The notes under the pieces are model-generated. The model was not told the DNA's origin and made no database searches. It saw only the letters and a program-made list of their open reading frames with translations. The translations under genes and the position numbers were made by a program. From the NCBI GenBank assembly GCA_951406725.2, contig OX597818.1, positions 108,500,001-108,564,000 of the forward strand: 64,000 nucleotides of DNA. The letters run 5' to 3'. The stretch comes from Octopus vulgaris. Its lineage: Eukaryota. Shown one piece after another: positions 11,299 to 22,839 of the stretch. How positions within the stretch are numbered: the stretch's first letter is position 1; each line of letters opens with the position of its first letter.

Positions 11299-13912
11299 AA
11301 ATCCAGGCTGCAGGTATTACCCTACCTAAAAGACTGAATGTTGCTCGTCTTAAGTGAAATAGTGTGAAGAGACTTTTACGAGAGGAAATGAATGCTACAG
11401 ATATTGGGGAGGATTGGCCGACCCTTAAAAAGTCAGTCTTTGATATAGGCAGGAAAGTTCTGGGATTGATGCAAAGAAAGCATCAAGATTGGTTTAAAGA
11501 AAATGATGAACATATAGATGATTTATTGGCTGATAAAAGATGTATTTTGTCATGCTATTTGTCAGCAAAGCCACAGGAGAGGGAAGTGTTGCATGGGGAA
11601 CTCAAGGATGTAAAATCACATGTGAAGTGGAGGCTTTCTCAGATGAGGGATACATGGTGGAGTAAGAGGGCTGATGAGACACAGGCAGCATCAGATTCCA
11701 ATAACACAAAGCTGTTGTATGGTCTCTTACGAGAAGTTTATGGACCGATTTCTTCTCTGATGACACCACTTCAAAGCAGGGATGGTAAAGAACTTATTCA
11801 TGATTCACAAGGAATTTTGCAAAGATGGCAAGAACACTTTGATGAACTATTGAATCAGCAGTCTGTAGTTAGTGAGGATGTTCTCAATCTCATCCCTGGA
11901 TTACCTGTGAAGGCAGCTCTCACAGAACCACCAAAGCTGGAAGAAGTTGCAGTGGCTGTCTCAAGGATTAATAATGGGAAGTCTCCGGGTATGGATGGCA
12001 TATATGCAGAGTTGTTACAGCATGGTGGTGAGAAACTTCTGCAGGAACTTCACTCTTTGTTTGGTATGATATGGACTAGTGAATCTGTACCTGAGGACTG
12101 GAGAGATACAGTAATGGTGGTCTTATATAAGGGAAAGGGCAACAGGAATGATTGTGGTAACTATAGGGGAATATCATTGCTTTCTGTCATAGAAAAGGTT
12201 TTAGGCAGGGTACTTTTGGATCATCTGCTGAAACACGTTGCATATTGTGTTCCAGAAAATCAATCTGGCTTTCATGTGGGATGCGGCACTGCTGATGTGA
12301 TCAATTCAGCTAGACAGCTTCAGGAGAAATGTGTGGAACAGGGTCTGGATTTATATCAGGTTTTTGTTGATCTGACAAAAGCCTTTGATACAGTTAATAG
12401 AAATGCACTGTGGAAAGTCCTCCAGAAACTTGGGTGTCCTGAAAAGTTCCTTGCTTTGGTTTGTCTTTTCATGAAGACATGAATAGTAGGGTTATTGTTA
12501 GAGGGAGCCTATCTCAATACAAAATGGAGTTAAACAGGGGGATATTCTGGCACCGACCCAATTTGCCATATATTTTGTGATGGTTTTCTGTATTGCATTC
12601 AGAAACTGCAGATATGGTGTTTATATCCATTATTAAACCTCTGGCAGCATATTTAATATCATAAGAGACCTTTTGTATGCAGATGATTGGGACCTAGTTG
12701 CACACACAGATTAATATGCAACACATTTCGAATGCATTCTCTGATGCTTGCACTACCTTAGGATTGACAGTCAATCTCAAGAAAACTGTTGTCATGTACC
12801 AACCTGCCCCTAGTAAGCAGTATAGTGAACCAAATATCTTTGCATATGGTAAACGACTTTGTGTAGCTGATCTGTTTGTCTATCTGGGAAGCACTGTTAA
12901 TAGATATGGCAATGTGGATGATGAAGTTCCATACAGAATTAGGAAAGCAAATGATGCTTTCGGAAGGCTAGAAAGGCGCCTCTGGAGTCGGCGAGACATA
13001 TGCAGAAAGACAAAGATAAAAGTGTACAAGGCATGTGTGCTCCTTTCTCTTCTCTATGCCTGTGAGACGTGGGTCACATATAGATACCACCTTAAGCAAC
13101 TGGAAGGTTTCCATCAGATGTGTCTCAGGCAAACTATGGCATTAAGTGGGAGGACCGTATCAGTGATCTTGAGTTATTGGAAGGCTCTTGGTGTAAAAGT
13201 ATAGAAGCTCTTGTGTTAAAGCAAAGGCTCAGATGGAGTGGTCAGGATGAAGGATTCAAGGATGCCAAAACAACTCTTTTATGGAGAGTTAGCTAAAGGA
13301 GAACGACCTCCACATAAACCAAAAAAGAGGTATAAGGACTTACTGAAGGCTTCCTTAAGAGATGCTTGAATCTCTCCTGACACATGAGAAGGCATAGCTA
13401 TTGATCGTAGCAGGTGGAGAAGGATTGTGCATGAGGAGACAGCCACGTTTGAAAAATCTCGAGTTGCACATGAGAAAGTAAGGAGGGATGTCAGGAAGGG
13501 CATTGCTGTTACACTTTCAGAAGGGAAGGGTCTTCCTTTGATTCTGACATGCAATGTCTGTACAAGACCCTACCTCAGTAAAGCTGGACTCATGAGTCAT
13601 CTTTGTAGTCATAAAGCGAGACAGATGAGTGACAACCTGGCCACTGGTGTTGGTGTAACACACCATACTAATCATATCTGTTGGGAATGTGGAAGAGAGT
13701 GTAATTCAGCAGGAGGACTTAAACGACATGCAAAGGTACATGAAGCCCAGTTACAACTACAGCCGGCTATTGCCGATGAAGGTTTTAGTTGCCAATTCTG
13801 TACAAGACATTGTAGATCTTTAGCTGGGCTAAAAAAGTCACATTCGATCACAGCACCAGTAACAGTTAAGCTTCTTGCAATGGTCATACTCGATAACGAG
13901 GGGGCAGCTATC
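11299..13912 (+). mobile_element. 5'-truncated RTE-clade LINE; RT pseudogene with three C-terminal C2H2 zinc fingers
   Basis: ORF 11364-12482: KSPGMDGIYAE, YKGKGNRNDCGNYRGISLLS, PENQSGF, FVDLTKAFDTVNR. GVKQGDILAP at ~12527, YADD at 12676-12687, YLGS and LLYACETW in ORF 12698-13204. C2H2 motifs at 13550-13850; short 3' UTR ATGGTCATACTCGATAACGAGGG. Several frameshifts and stops. Confidence 0.95.
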
Positions 13913-13924
13913 ATGCATGTATGG

Positions 13925-14330
13925 ATGTCTTCTATTTTTTGGTTAGTAAAAATCTTCCAGTGAGGAGGGAGCCAGTAACAAAGATATAAGGCTCCATCTT
14001 TGGGATGTTGTTAATGCAGACAAGTTCACATTTGGAACTTGAGAAAAGTCTTGCATATTTTTACTGTTCCACATACAGATTGCATTTGTAATGTATGAAT
14101 GAACCAGGTGATTTTTCTTTCTGAAAATCCCAGTTTATGCAGATTCTCCTTTAAGCATTTACTAACAAAACCTAGTACTCCAATTATTATTGGTAGGAAT
14201 ATGAAATCATAGTCTGGATATAGAAGCTGGAGGTTTTGAAGCAGTTGTCCATAGACATCCTCTTTCTCTTTGATTTTCAATGAGATATTTATATCTTCAG
14301 GGCAGCTAACCTCTATGATGTTACATAACA
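13925..14330 (-). mobile_element. 3' end of R4/Dong-type non-LTR element (restriction-like endonuclease C-terminus)
   Basis: IIEVSCPEDINISLKIKEKEDVYGQL...LPIIIGVLG...GTVKICKTFLKF; bordered by (TATG/CATG)n; homologous to 36168-36765. Confidence 0.8.
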
Positions 14331-15294
14331 TTGCCCCTAATATGTATGCATGCATACATGCATGGACAGACGGACTGAATCATCTTAACTATGCTTGTGT
14401 TTTACAAATTTCTCCCTGATACAGAAAGAACCTGTTCCTAACACAGAAATGAGACTCTTTGATATGTATATATAATATATGTGTATGTATAAATATCTGT
14501 GTTATGTGAATAACATATATATGCTAGTATGAATGCTTGTATATGTTTGTATATGTACATATATAATCAAATGTTACACTGAGTGAAATAAAACAATCCA
14601 TTCTGAGAAGGTAAAAGATGGACAGACGAAGATCTTATCCGGAGTGTGTTTTTAGTCATTTTTCAACAAAACATTTTAACAGTGCACATATAAACACAAA
14701 ATTAAAACTAAAGCAATGACAGCATGTGTGTGTGTAAATTTTTATGTGTGTACTTCAGTGTGGAATTGCAAATAGATAAAAGATAAGGCACAGACACCAA
14801 GTAAAATGATGCAAACTCTGAACAGCATTTCGTCAACTGTTGCTGAAGACTGTAACAACTTCAGCATGTTTAACAACAGGATTGCTCGATGCAGTGTGCT
14901 AGTGGATGTATAATGGAGGACACTAGGGAATACAGGATGATGTTAGAAAATTTAGGTTACGGAAAAGAATGACAAGCATGCCAAAATACTGGGAAATTTA
15001 CGAGAAATGAGCTGCAGTAAATATTCTAAAACTGTTGTCTTAGAAAGATGCAAAAATAATTTTTATGGCTGAGATAAATAGAGCACAAGATAAGAAAAGA
15101 AATTTAAATAGAGAATGTCTTTCGAGTGGAAGGAAAAAAGCAAACCATAATTATTGTTAGTACAGGTACTGTTAAGAGAAAGAAATGAATGGCAGGTTGT
15201 TGGATTGAAGTCCTTGACCAAAGAGAGAGGTATAACAAAAACGATAGGACTTATAGCTGATCCAAGTTTAGAAAGAATGTGTCAGGTGTAAGTA

Positions 15295-15460
15295 CAGGGC
15301 CGGTTCTAAGGTTGCTGGTGCCCTGGGCAAGCTGAACTTCGGCATGTATAAGCTGACGGTTGTGGAAATTTCCTTGTCTTTGTCATGCCCTCCCTGGCGC
15401 CCCCTAGCATACAGTGCCCCGTGTGACTGCCTGAGTTGTCGGTACCTTGAGCTGGCTTTG
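15295..15460. mobile_element. hAT-type MITE with 8-bp TSD
   Basis: Ends CAGGGCCGGTTC...GAGCTGGCTTTG; flanks TGTAAGTA (15287-15294) and CATAAGTA (15461-15468). Confidence 0.7.
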
Positions 15461-16689
15461 CATAAGTAGTAGGGTTATGGGAGATCAGAAGAGCCTTTGT
15501 GAAGGGGATGGACTCGGACAGAGCAGATGAGGAGAGAAAGAATGAAGATAAGCAGATGAAATGAGAGACAAAAAACAAGTGAGACACAAGCAGAGGAATA
15601 AGAAGGACGAATGATCATACAAGCATATGCATACACATACATACATATATGCATACGTATACACACACACATACACATGGATATACATACGCACACACAA
15701 ATGGATAAAATAAATAAAATGTAAATAAATAAAACAAAATAAAAATGGACTATCAATGTTTTGGTAGCAAGTCAAAATGGAAGCATTTCATCCTTTTAAA
15801 AGGACAATTTGTCTTGGTGGAGCAATTTAAAATCTGCAACCAATAATAAAAATTGATTAAATTTGTGGCTCTCTGATATTTTATTACTTGCATTTCTTTG
15901 AAACAATACTTCTTTGATTCATTAGTTATGTACAATTGCATTGTTTGAGATATTCTTTCTTATCAACTCCTTAGCGACAATACATATTGTGGACTGGACA
16001 AAGAATTCAATTCGTCATGGCGTAGACTCTTTTGAAACAATGAAGAAACGATTGGATGAAAAGTCTTTTATTCAAGGAATTTCACTTGGGGAATGGAATT
16101 TGAATTGATCAATTTGACTGATTATAAAATTGTTTGAATTAATCATAGACCACATCATAAACAATATGAAAGCATACTTAATAAGACAAATGATCTTGTT
16201 GTGAATGAAGATTCTTTTAGATGTTTCCATCTCAGACAGAATTTCTTACTTTCAACGATGCAAAGTGAATAAATTCCAAGGTTTTGAAGAGAACAAAAAG
16301 ATCTCTGAGATGGTTTCAGATGCTATTTTCAACAGACCATCTTATCTTAAAGGCTCTATTATAATAAAACTCAGAGTAGACAGGTCTGTACGATTTTATC
16401 TCTTGTAATGGTTTTAGAATTTTTAAAAAATGTTTCTTTTCTATGTCTTTTGTGCAGAATGAGACACTACAAAGACTAAAAGGAAAGATAAACTAGAATG
16501 ATGGCTAAATGATGAGGCATTGGGCAAGGAGACTGAAGTTACTTATTTCAAATGTAAATGTGTAAATCGTTATTTTCTTAATGATTAAGGTTTCTTAAAT
16601 GGAGCAAATTAACAGAAATGTGAAAATGCTGGTCAAATTTGCGAAGCATTTAACTTCATACATTGAAATTATCAACTACTACATGGTCA

Positions 16690-16837
16690 CCTGGTTACGG
16701 TCAAACAACTGACTAGCAAATCTGTGGTATTTGCTGCAACCCACCTTTTATACCAAGACAAACAACGTACATGATAACATTTCCAATAAGTTAAGATCAA
16801 AAGCTATGAAAACCACTGCCTGGTACTGCATCAGGAT
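16690..16837 (-). repeat. Truncated copy of the (TAA)n-associated ~555-bp element
   Basis: Reverse complement of ~46495-46650; abuts (TTA)n at 16838. Strand is given relative to the 46492 copy. Confidence 0.8.
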
Positions 16838-16882
16838 ATTATTATTATTATTATTATTATTATTGTTGTTGTTGTTGTTGTT

Positions 16883-17228
16883 ATTTTATTGTCTTTGTAC
16901 AGCTTCTAACACTGGAGATGTACTTTGGTGAACTAAGGTAACACCCCTTATTTTTTGAGCACCATCCAGAGTATTCGAACGGTTCCAAGCAGTTCTGTTT
17001 TCTGCAAGTACTCTACCCTTACTGCAGCCCCTATTTGTTTCATATAATTCTCAAGATTTTTAGTCTCTGTTCCCAGGGCTCCAACAGTTATTGGTACTAC
17101 TGCCACCTTTTTCAACGACCACAACTGCTTAACCTCCCAAGCTAACCTATCCTATCTAGCGACTTTTCTTTCTTCCTTATCTCATACCTTGTCAGCTGGG
17201 CATGCTATATTTATGACCCAGCATTGTT
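16883..17228 (-). mobile_element. 3' end of R4/Dong-type element in (TAA)n
   Basis: Decayed minus-strand reading CWVINIACPADKV...EVKQLWSLKKVAVVPITVGALGT...LQKTELLGTVRILWMVL; (TTA/TTG)n on both sides. Confidence 0.75.
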
Positions 17229-17839
17229 TATCATTATTGTTATTGGTTCTCGAAACAACACGTGTGTTATTTCCCTACATATGGCACTATTTTTCTTCAG
17301 GGTACTTGCTAAAAGGAATTATAATATTCGATACCCGGGAGTACTTTACATGCACAACATTTTCAGTTTCAAAAAGGCCACCAAACACAAATATGATACA
17401 GAACAATTAATATCAGAAAAAAGCAACATAAAAAGAAATGAACATTTAAATGACCAATCAATGCATAAAAATATTCCAAACAATCTAAGAAATAATTTTG
17501 AAGACAGTGGCAGTAATAACAACAGTGGAGACATATGCCTTTCAAATTGTTCATATTGTAGATGTGTTAAAGCTAATCTTGCCTCGCTTGTATAGCAAAT
17601 AAGATAATAATTCATAGGGTGCAAGCAGAACAACGACACTTCAATCAATAATGTATACTATTCATTCTTAACAGATTCTGGCAAATTCAAATGGGAATAT
17701 TTTGTCATATTTTTTATTTATTTATTTATTTACTGTCAATGTAGAATTTCTCCCTTTCGATGAAGTGTGTTCATAATTCACGTGACTTGCCGATGTAAGG
17801 GGACTTTCAGACACACTGCAGTGTTTTGACCTTGTTTTG

Positions 17840-18680
17840 CTCCGCGATACATTACAGAAAGGTTGGGTAAAGAACCAGGCATGGATGATACCCTGATCAA
17901 TTTAGATCAATCGGAAGCTTTCGATAGGGTCGAATATTCAGCAGCTATCCTCGAGGCAGTTAGGTTCGGACTCATCTTAAGAAGCTGGATCACTGCAATA
18001 TAAAGTGACATTTGCTTGGAGGTCAGAGCAAAAATGGCCATCATTCAGTATCATACATTCGGGTCCATTAAGGTAATCTCTCTCTCTGCCCATTTTTACG
18101 TACCGATCCTAGAACCACAGTTGCCGAAGCTGAAAGTTTTGAAGAGCATCCCAAGAAAACTAGGAAGCAGAGAATCCGTATTTGCATATGCAGACGACGT
18201 CACCATCATAGTTTCGAACACCAGACACATCGAGATGGCTGATACTAATCTAATGGAATACAAGGCGTTGAAAGGAGCAAAACTTAACCAGGGAAATCGT
18301 TGGGCCTGCAGCTCGACTCCTGTAGAGGCAGGTTCATGCCATCTAACAGCATCATGGGACACTGGACAAGTGGATCTGTTGAATTATCCGAGGTTTAGTT
18401 TGGTACAAACCGATAGGTGGACAAAAACTAAGAAGACAAGCAGTGTGGTTAATCTCGTCCAGAAATGGTCCGAGAGGAAACTGTCGTAAAGGGTCACTCA
18501 GAGATATGAATGCTTGCATCACATCCATCATATGCTTCTACCTGACCATCGTGCGTTGCCCCACGTCACGGCTGAGCAGAATGGAATACTTATGCTTCCT
18601 CTTTCTGAAGAAAGAACGGACGTATACCGCTGATCAGAAGAACCTTTTGATACAAACAGCTGCTGCGTGGAGGTCTGATA
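17840..18680 (+). pseudogene. Degenerate Tx1/L1-like reverse transcriptase
   Basis: LINLDQSEAFDRVEY (~17893-17937) and SVFAYADDVTIIVS in ORF 18016-18489; frameshifted. Confidence 0.75.
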
Positions 18681-18825
18681 GAAACAACGAGTGCCAAGAA
18701 GGCATTATTTTCTTTGTCATATTGCTGAATTGTATTTGTGTCTTTGGGCACGTATAGAGTCATATTCAATGAATGCACACACTTGCATACTCACATTTTT
18801 GTACCTATACAAACACATATACACA

Positions 18826-18945
18826 TGTAACGGTGATTTGAAACCTGACTTCTAGATATTCAGTTAGACATCACGAGTGAACCACAATAATTTCATGCGA
18901 TCAATCTATATTCATATATTCTGGTATTTTTCGATATTATTATTA

Positions 18946-18984
<39 letters not shown>

Positions 18985-19578
18985 TTACTGCCTGGAGTCG
19001 AACTCAGAATCTTGGGGTTAGTAACCACTACGCCATATGCCCGGGAATTTTTTAGGGCTTATAAATCTAATATTCTCCTATCCTTCCTTAATATTGGTTC
19101 CCATATGCTACTCATATCTGCACTCAGTCTGCTGGGGAGGTTGTTGTGTCCTAGCGTATGTGTTGCTTCTTTTAGTTTTCCTATTTTCCAGTAGTGTTCT
19201 CTTTTAACTTCATCTCACAGGGGGAGGTCTATATATCAGTCTATATTCATATATCAGTCATATATATTACTATATAATATATTCTATATTTCATGCACCA
19301 CAGCTTCAGATTGATCTATCAATCAATCTGAGGCTGTGGCGTGATATGGTTTTCTCGAATGTTCTTCTTGGCTCTATAAAAAACCACTTTGGTTACTTTT
19401 CTAATTGTAGTGTTGAAGAGGACAGACTGACTCACACCTCTACTCTGACTGTATAGACAGTCTGGGAGACTTACGCAGACAACTCCAGGTTCTCAGACAG
19501 ACACACTCTGAACATTCATACAATGTCTCATTAGTAAGTTCTATGGACGCGGCACAGTTTCTCTCTCTTTATCTCGCT

Positions 19579-19615
<37 letters not shown>

Positions 19616-19840
19616 CCTCCCAGTCAACAATTATTAATATTGTGCATTGTGAATAGCCAACACCAAATATCTTTATGTTCGGCAATATATATTCAGTTAA
19701 ATATTCGCAAGATTGCTTCAGTTATTATTCAAGCAGTCAACGAAATATATCTTCATTTCTCGCTACTCAGATGACAAGCAACCAGCGACACAAACATGCA
19801 TGCACACATACACACTCATTCCTTCAATATATTTGATACA
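18826..19840 (+). mobile_element. Possible solo LTR interrupted by a Penelope fragment
   Basis: Starts TGTAACG; TATA region resembles the 9975 element; TCA[A/G]TCTATATTCATATAT is duplicated on both sides of the Penelope insert (18901-18919, ~19237-19255). Right end uncertain. Confidence 0.3.
18921..19228 (-). mobile_element. Penelope-like element fragment (end of GIY-YIG, tRNA-like head, (AAT)n)
   Basis: Reverse complement of ~20635-20942. Confidence 0.85.
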
Positions 19841-20284
19841 ATTGTCAAAGAGTGCTCAAAATACTGAGGTTATCAAACGTTATCTAACACACCTGCAAGA
19901 GTTTTCACACAAAGTAGTCTGTGAAGTACATTACACCATCAGGTAAATAGATATAAATCTATCCTAGGTGTAGCTGTATTTCGATTGTGAACTCAATTTC
20001 ATCAGCAGAGAAAACAGTTGTCTGCACGTATCAGTCTTTGAAATACATATTTGGGCTGTTCTATGTTATTAGTTGCAGGTGTCAAGTTGTAGGTTCTTTG
20101 CCAACGGATGAATAAACCTTAGACAACATGTAAGAGATCTACTATACACACAACTTGTTCCATAAATATTCTCAATATATCATTATGTAATAGTCAAAGA
20201 CTGTTCTATAGTTTAAAGAGAGCTAAAATTTTCTAAGATACAAGGATATATACAAGTATATTCTTGTATATATCTCTGAGTGAT

Positions 20285-21087
20285 CCTTCATGAAGAAAAG
20301 AGAGGATGAAACCAATAAACTGTTCACAGTCTGTCTACCATATGTGAAAGGCCTTTCCGAAAAGATACAAAAGATATGCGGCCCATATGACATCAGGACA
20401 GTATTCAAGAGTAATACAACATTTCACAAATACCTCCTTTGGGTAAAACCACCAATAGAAGAGAATATGACCAAAGACTGTGCATACTCCCATCCCATGC
20501 AGCTGTGGTAGGTTATACAAAGGTGAAACATGCCGCCCCCTCAAAATAAGGGTAGAGGAATGTTGCAAAGCTGTGACACCAGGAGATACGGATAAATCGG
20601 GTATAGCTGATCATGTATGGAAAAATGGAAACCACCTCTTCCCGGGGGATGAAGTTAGAATGATAGACAGAGAATACCACTGGAAAATATGAAAACTAAA
20701 AGGGACAGCACATATGCTTGGACACAACATCCTCCTAAGCAGACCGAGTGCAGACATGAATAGCATATGGGAACCGGTATTAAAGAAGGATAGGAAAATA
20801 TTAGATTTATAAGCCCTAAACTTCACTCCGTAATTGCCCCTGGGTATCTGGCGTAGTGGTTACTAACCCAAAGATTCCGAGTTCGATTCCAGGCAGTGAC
20901 CTGAATAATGATAATAATAATAATAATAATATCGAAAAATACGAGGTTCGAAATTTCCCAAGACACCTGATGAAGGCTGGAGGGTTTATCAGCCGAAACG
21001 TTGTGTTAACAACAAACAAAATGAGGACAAATATCCTTCAAATGTAAATAATGTACCTAATTCCTCATCTCTCAAATATAGAACTGT
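20285..21087 (+). mobile_element. Penelope-like retroelement 3' part: GIY-YIG endonuclease pseudogene plus terminal repeat
   Basis: VCLPYVKGLSEKIQKICGPYDIRTVFK...CAYS, frameshift, IPCSCGRLYKGETCRPLKIRVEE...SGIADHVWKNGNH...KLKGTAHM...WEPVLKKDRKILDL* (stop 20810-20812). Then A/B-box segment 20842-20901, (AAT)n, hammerhead, end ATATAGAACTGT. Confidence 0.9.
20962..21007 (+). ncRNA. Minimal type I hammerhead ribozyme motif, family 1 (best preserved copy)
   Basis: Stem I GACAC/GTGTT; CTGATGA 20967-20973; stem II GGCTG/CAGCC; GAAA 20995-20998; palindromic AACGTT in place of stem III; GUU triplet. Confidence 0.8.
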
Positions 21088-21311
21088 AAGTTCTTGTTGT
21101 CCTTAAGCTGTAATCTCCGAACAACAGCAGTGACATTTTACCTCCAATAACATAGAAGAAACCAAATACATATTTAAGTCACTGCTGTATGCAGACAGCT
21201 CTGTTCTTCCTTCACTGATTGCAACACGGCTGGGGCTTGGGTAAATTCATGTATCTTACTTTTGATATATTGTTCTTCCTCGGATATTTTGCATGTATAC
21301 GTTTGTCGACT

Positions 21312-21578
21312 GGCCCTTGTGCTGGTGGCACATAAAAAGCACCATCTGATCATGGCCGTTTGCCAGACTCGTCTGGCACCTGTGCCAGTGGCACGTAAAA
21401 AGCACCCACTACACTCATGGAGTGGTTGGCGTTAGGAAGGGTATCCAGCCGTAGAAACATTGCCAGATCAGACTGGAGCCTGGTGCAGCTTTCTGGCTTC
21501 CCAGACCCCGGTTGAACCGTCCAACCCATGCTAGCATGGAAAGTGGACGCTAAACGATGATGATGATGATGATAATGA
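21312..21578 (+). mobile_element. SINE family B (internal ~40-bp subrepeats, TTAGGAAGGGCATCCAGC motif, (GAT)n tail)
   Basis: Ends CATGGAAAGTGGACGCTAAACGATGATGAT. Other copies at 34538-34840(-), 47340-47600(+), 51985-52230(+), 52360-52605(+), 54550-54895(+), 56585-56875(+), 58068-58210(-), 59548-59735(-); fragments at ~35530 and ~42530. Confidence 0.85.
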
Positions 21579-22429
21579 TATATATATTTACTCACACACA
21601 GATGTGTGTTAGATTGTATATATGTGTGTATTAGATTAGTTAGATTATATGTATGTGTGTGTGTATGTATATGTATGTATACTTCATTTACCAGTGTTTC
21701 ATCAATATCAATATAATTGATTTTGTGTGATGATGCAACCATGCTTGCACAATGGATTCATAAACTCCATCCTTTGATATTTGTCATTATATGTACACAG
21801 TATGGCGGCGAGCTGGAAGATTCATTAGCACACCCAATAAAAAGCTTTTCATCCATCTTTGAATTCTGAGTTCAGATTCCACCGAGGATAACTTTACTTT
21901 TCATGCTTTCAGAATCGATTAAATATGTACCAATTGAGCACTAGTATCTATGTAACTGATAATCCCCTTCACACAAAATTACAGGCTTTGTGCTTAAAGT
22001 GCAAAGGATTATACATACCGTAGGGGATAAGTTTAAATGTCTTTAATGCCGGCCTCACGTATATATATTTATACACAAACTGAATAATAAATGGAAGTGG
22101 TTGAGGGACATTAATTCATATATCTACATGCATTTGCGAGGGTTGTATGTTAGTTGTTAACCCCGATGCGTTAGAACCAGTGTAGTGTGTTGGTGCTGTG
22201 TAAAGATGTTATTGACGACGTTGGTGAGAGACATGATGGAGGTTGCTGTAATGTGGTCAGTGGTTAGACCTTAGAAAGTCTAGAACCAACAGACCTTGAG
22301 ACTAGTAGGAGGTGGGATTTAATAGCTGACGGTAGGCTCAAATGTCGTTTAGAACAGACTATCTCACATGATTTATGTGGAGGCTGTGATTGGTTAGGTT
22401 GCATATTGGTGTATATATATATATATACA

Positions 22430-22580
22430 CACAACGGTTTCTTTTTCGGTTTCCATCTATCAAATCTACTCCAAGTCTTTGGTTGGTTTGGTTGGTTCGA
22501 GGCTATAGTGGAAGACACTTGCCCAAAGCACCATACAGTGAGACTGAACCCGGATCCATGTTGCTGGAAAGCAAGCTTCA
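22430..22580 (-). mobile_element. SINE family C fragment (tRNA head plus CORE-like TGGGCAAGTGTCTT)
   Basis: Matches 44333-44467(+), 27568-27735(+), 39860-40030(-), 59990-60150(-). Confidence 0.75.
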
Positions 22581-22839
22581 TAGCTAAAATAGTTTTTCCT
22601 CGTAGAAAATCCTTTTACAACAGAATTTCCCTCATAAATCTTGAGTTTTGTTTTAATTTCGGCCCGGGTCAACTCTGATGGAGCAAACCTATGCTCTAAG
22701 GTATTCTGGCATTCACCATCTTTTCTGCATGACTTCTCATGATTTAAGGTAATTTTGTTGCTATTTCTAGCCAGTTGGGTGAGTTGAGAATATCAATGGT
22801 TATTAATTCACAAACTTCAGCCGTAAGAGACTTGAGACT

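Noticed and set aside
11299-11363. HDV-like ribozyme at the RTE 5' end
   Set aside because: The element is truncated within the ORF, so no 5' UTR is present.
13427-13963. Stand-alone host C2H2 zinc-finger gene
   Set aside because: Colinear with the RTE RT and followed by its 3' UTR; lacks TGEKP linkers.
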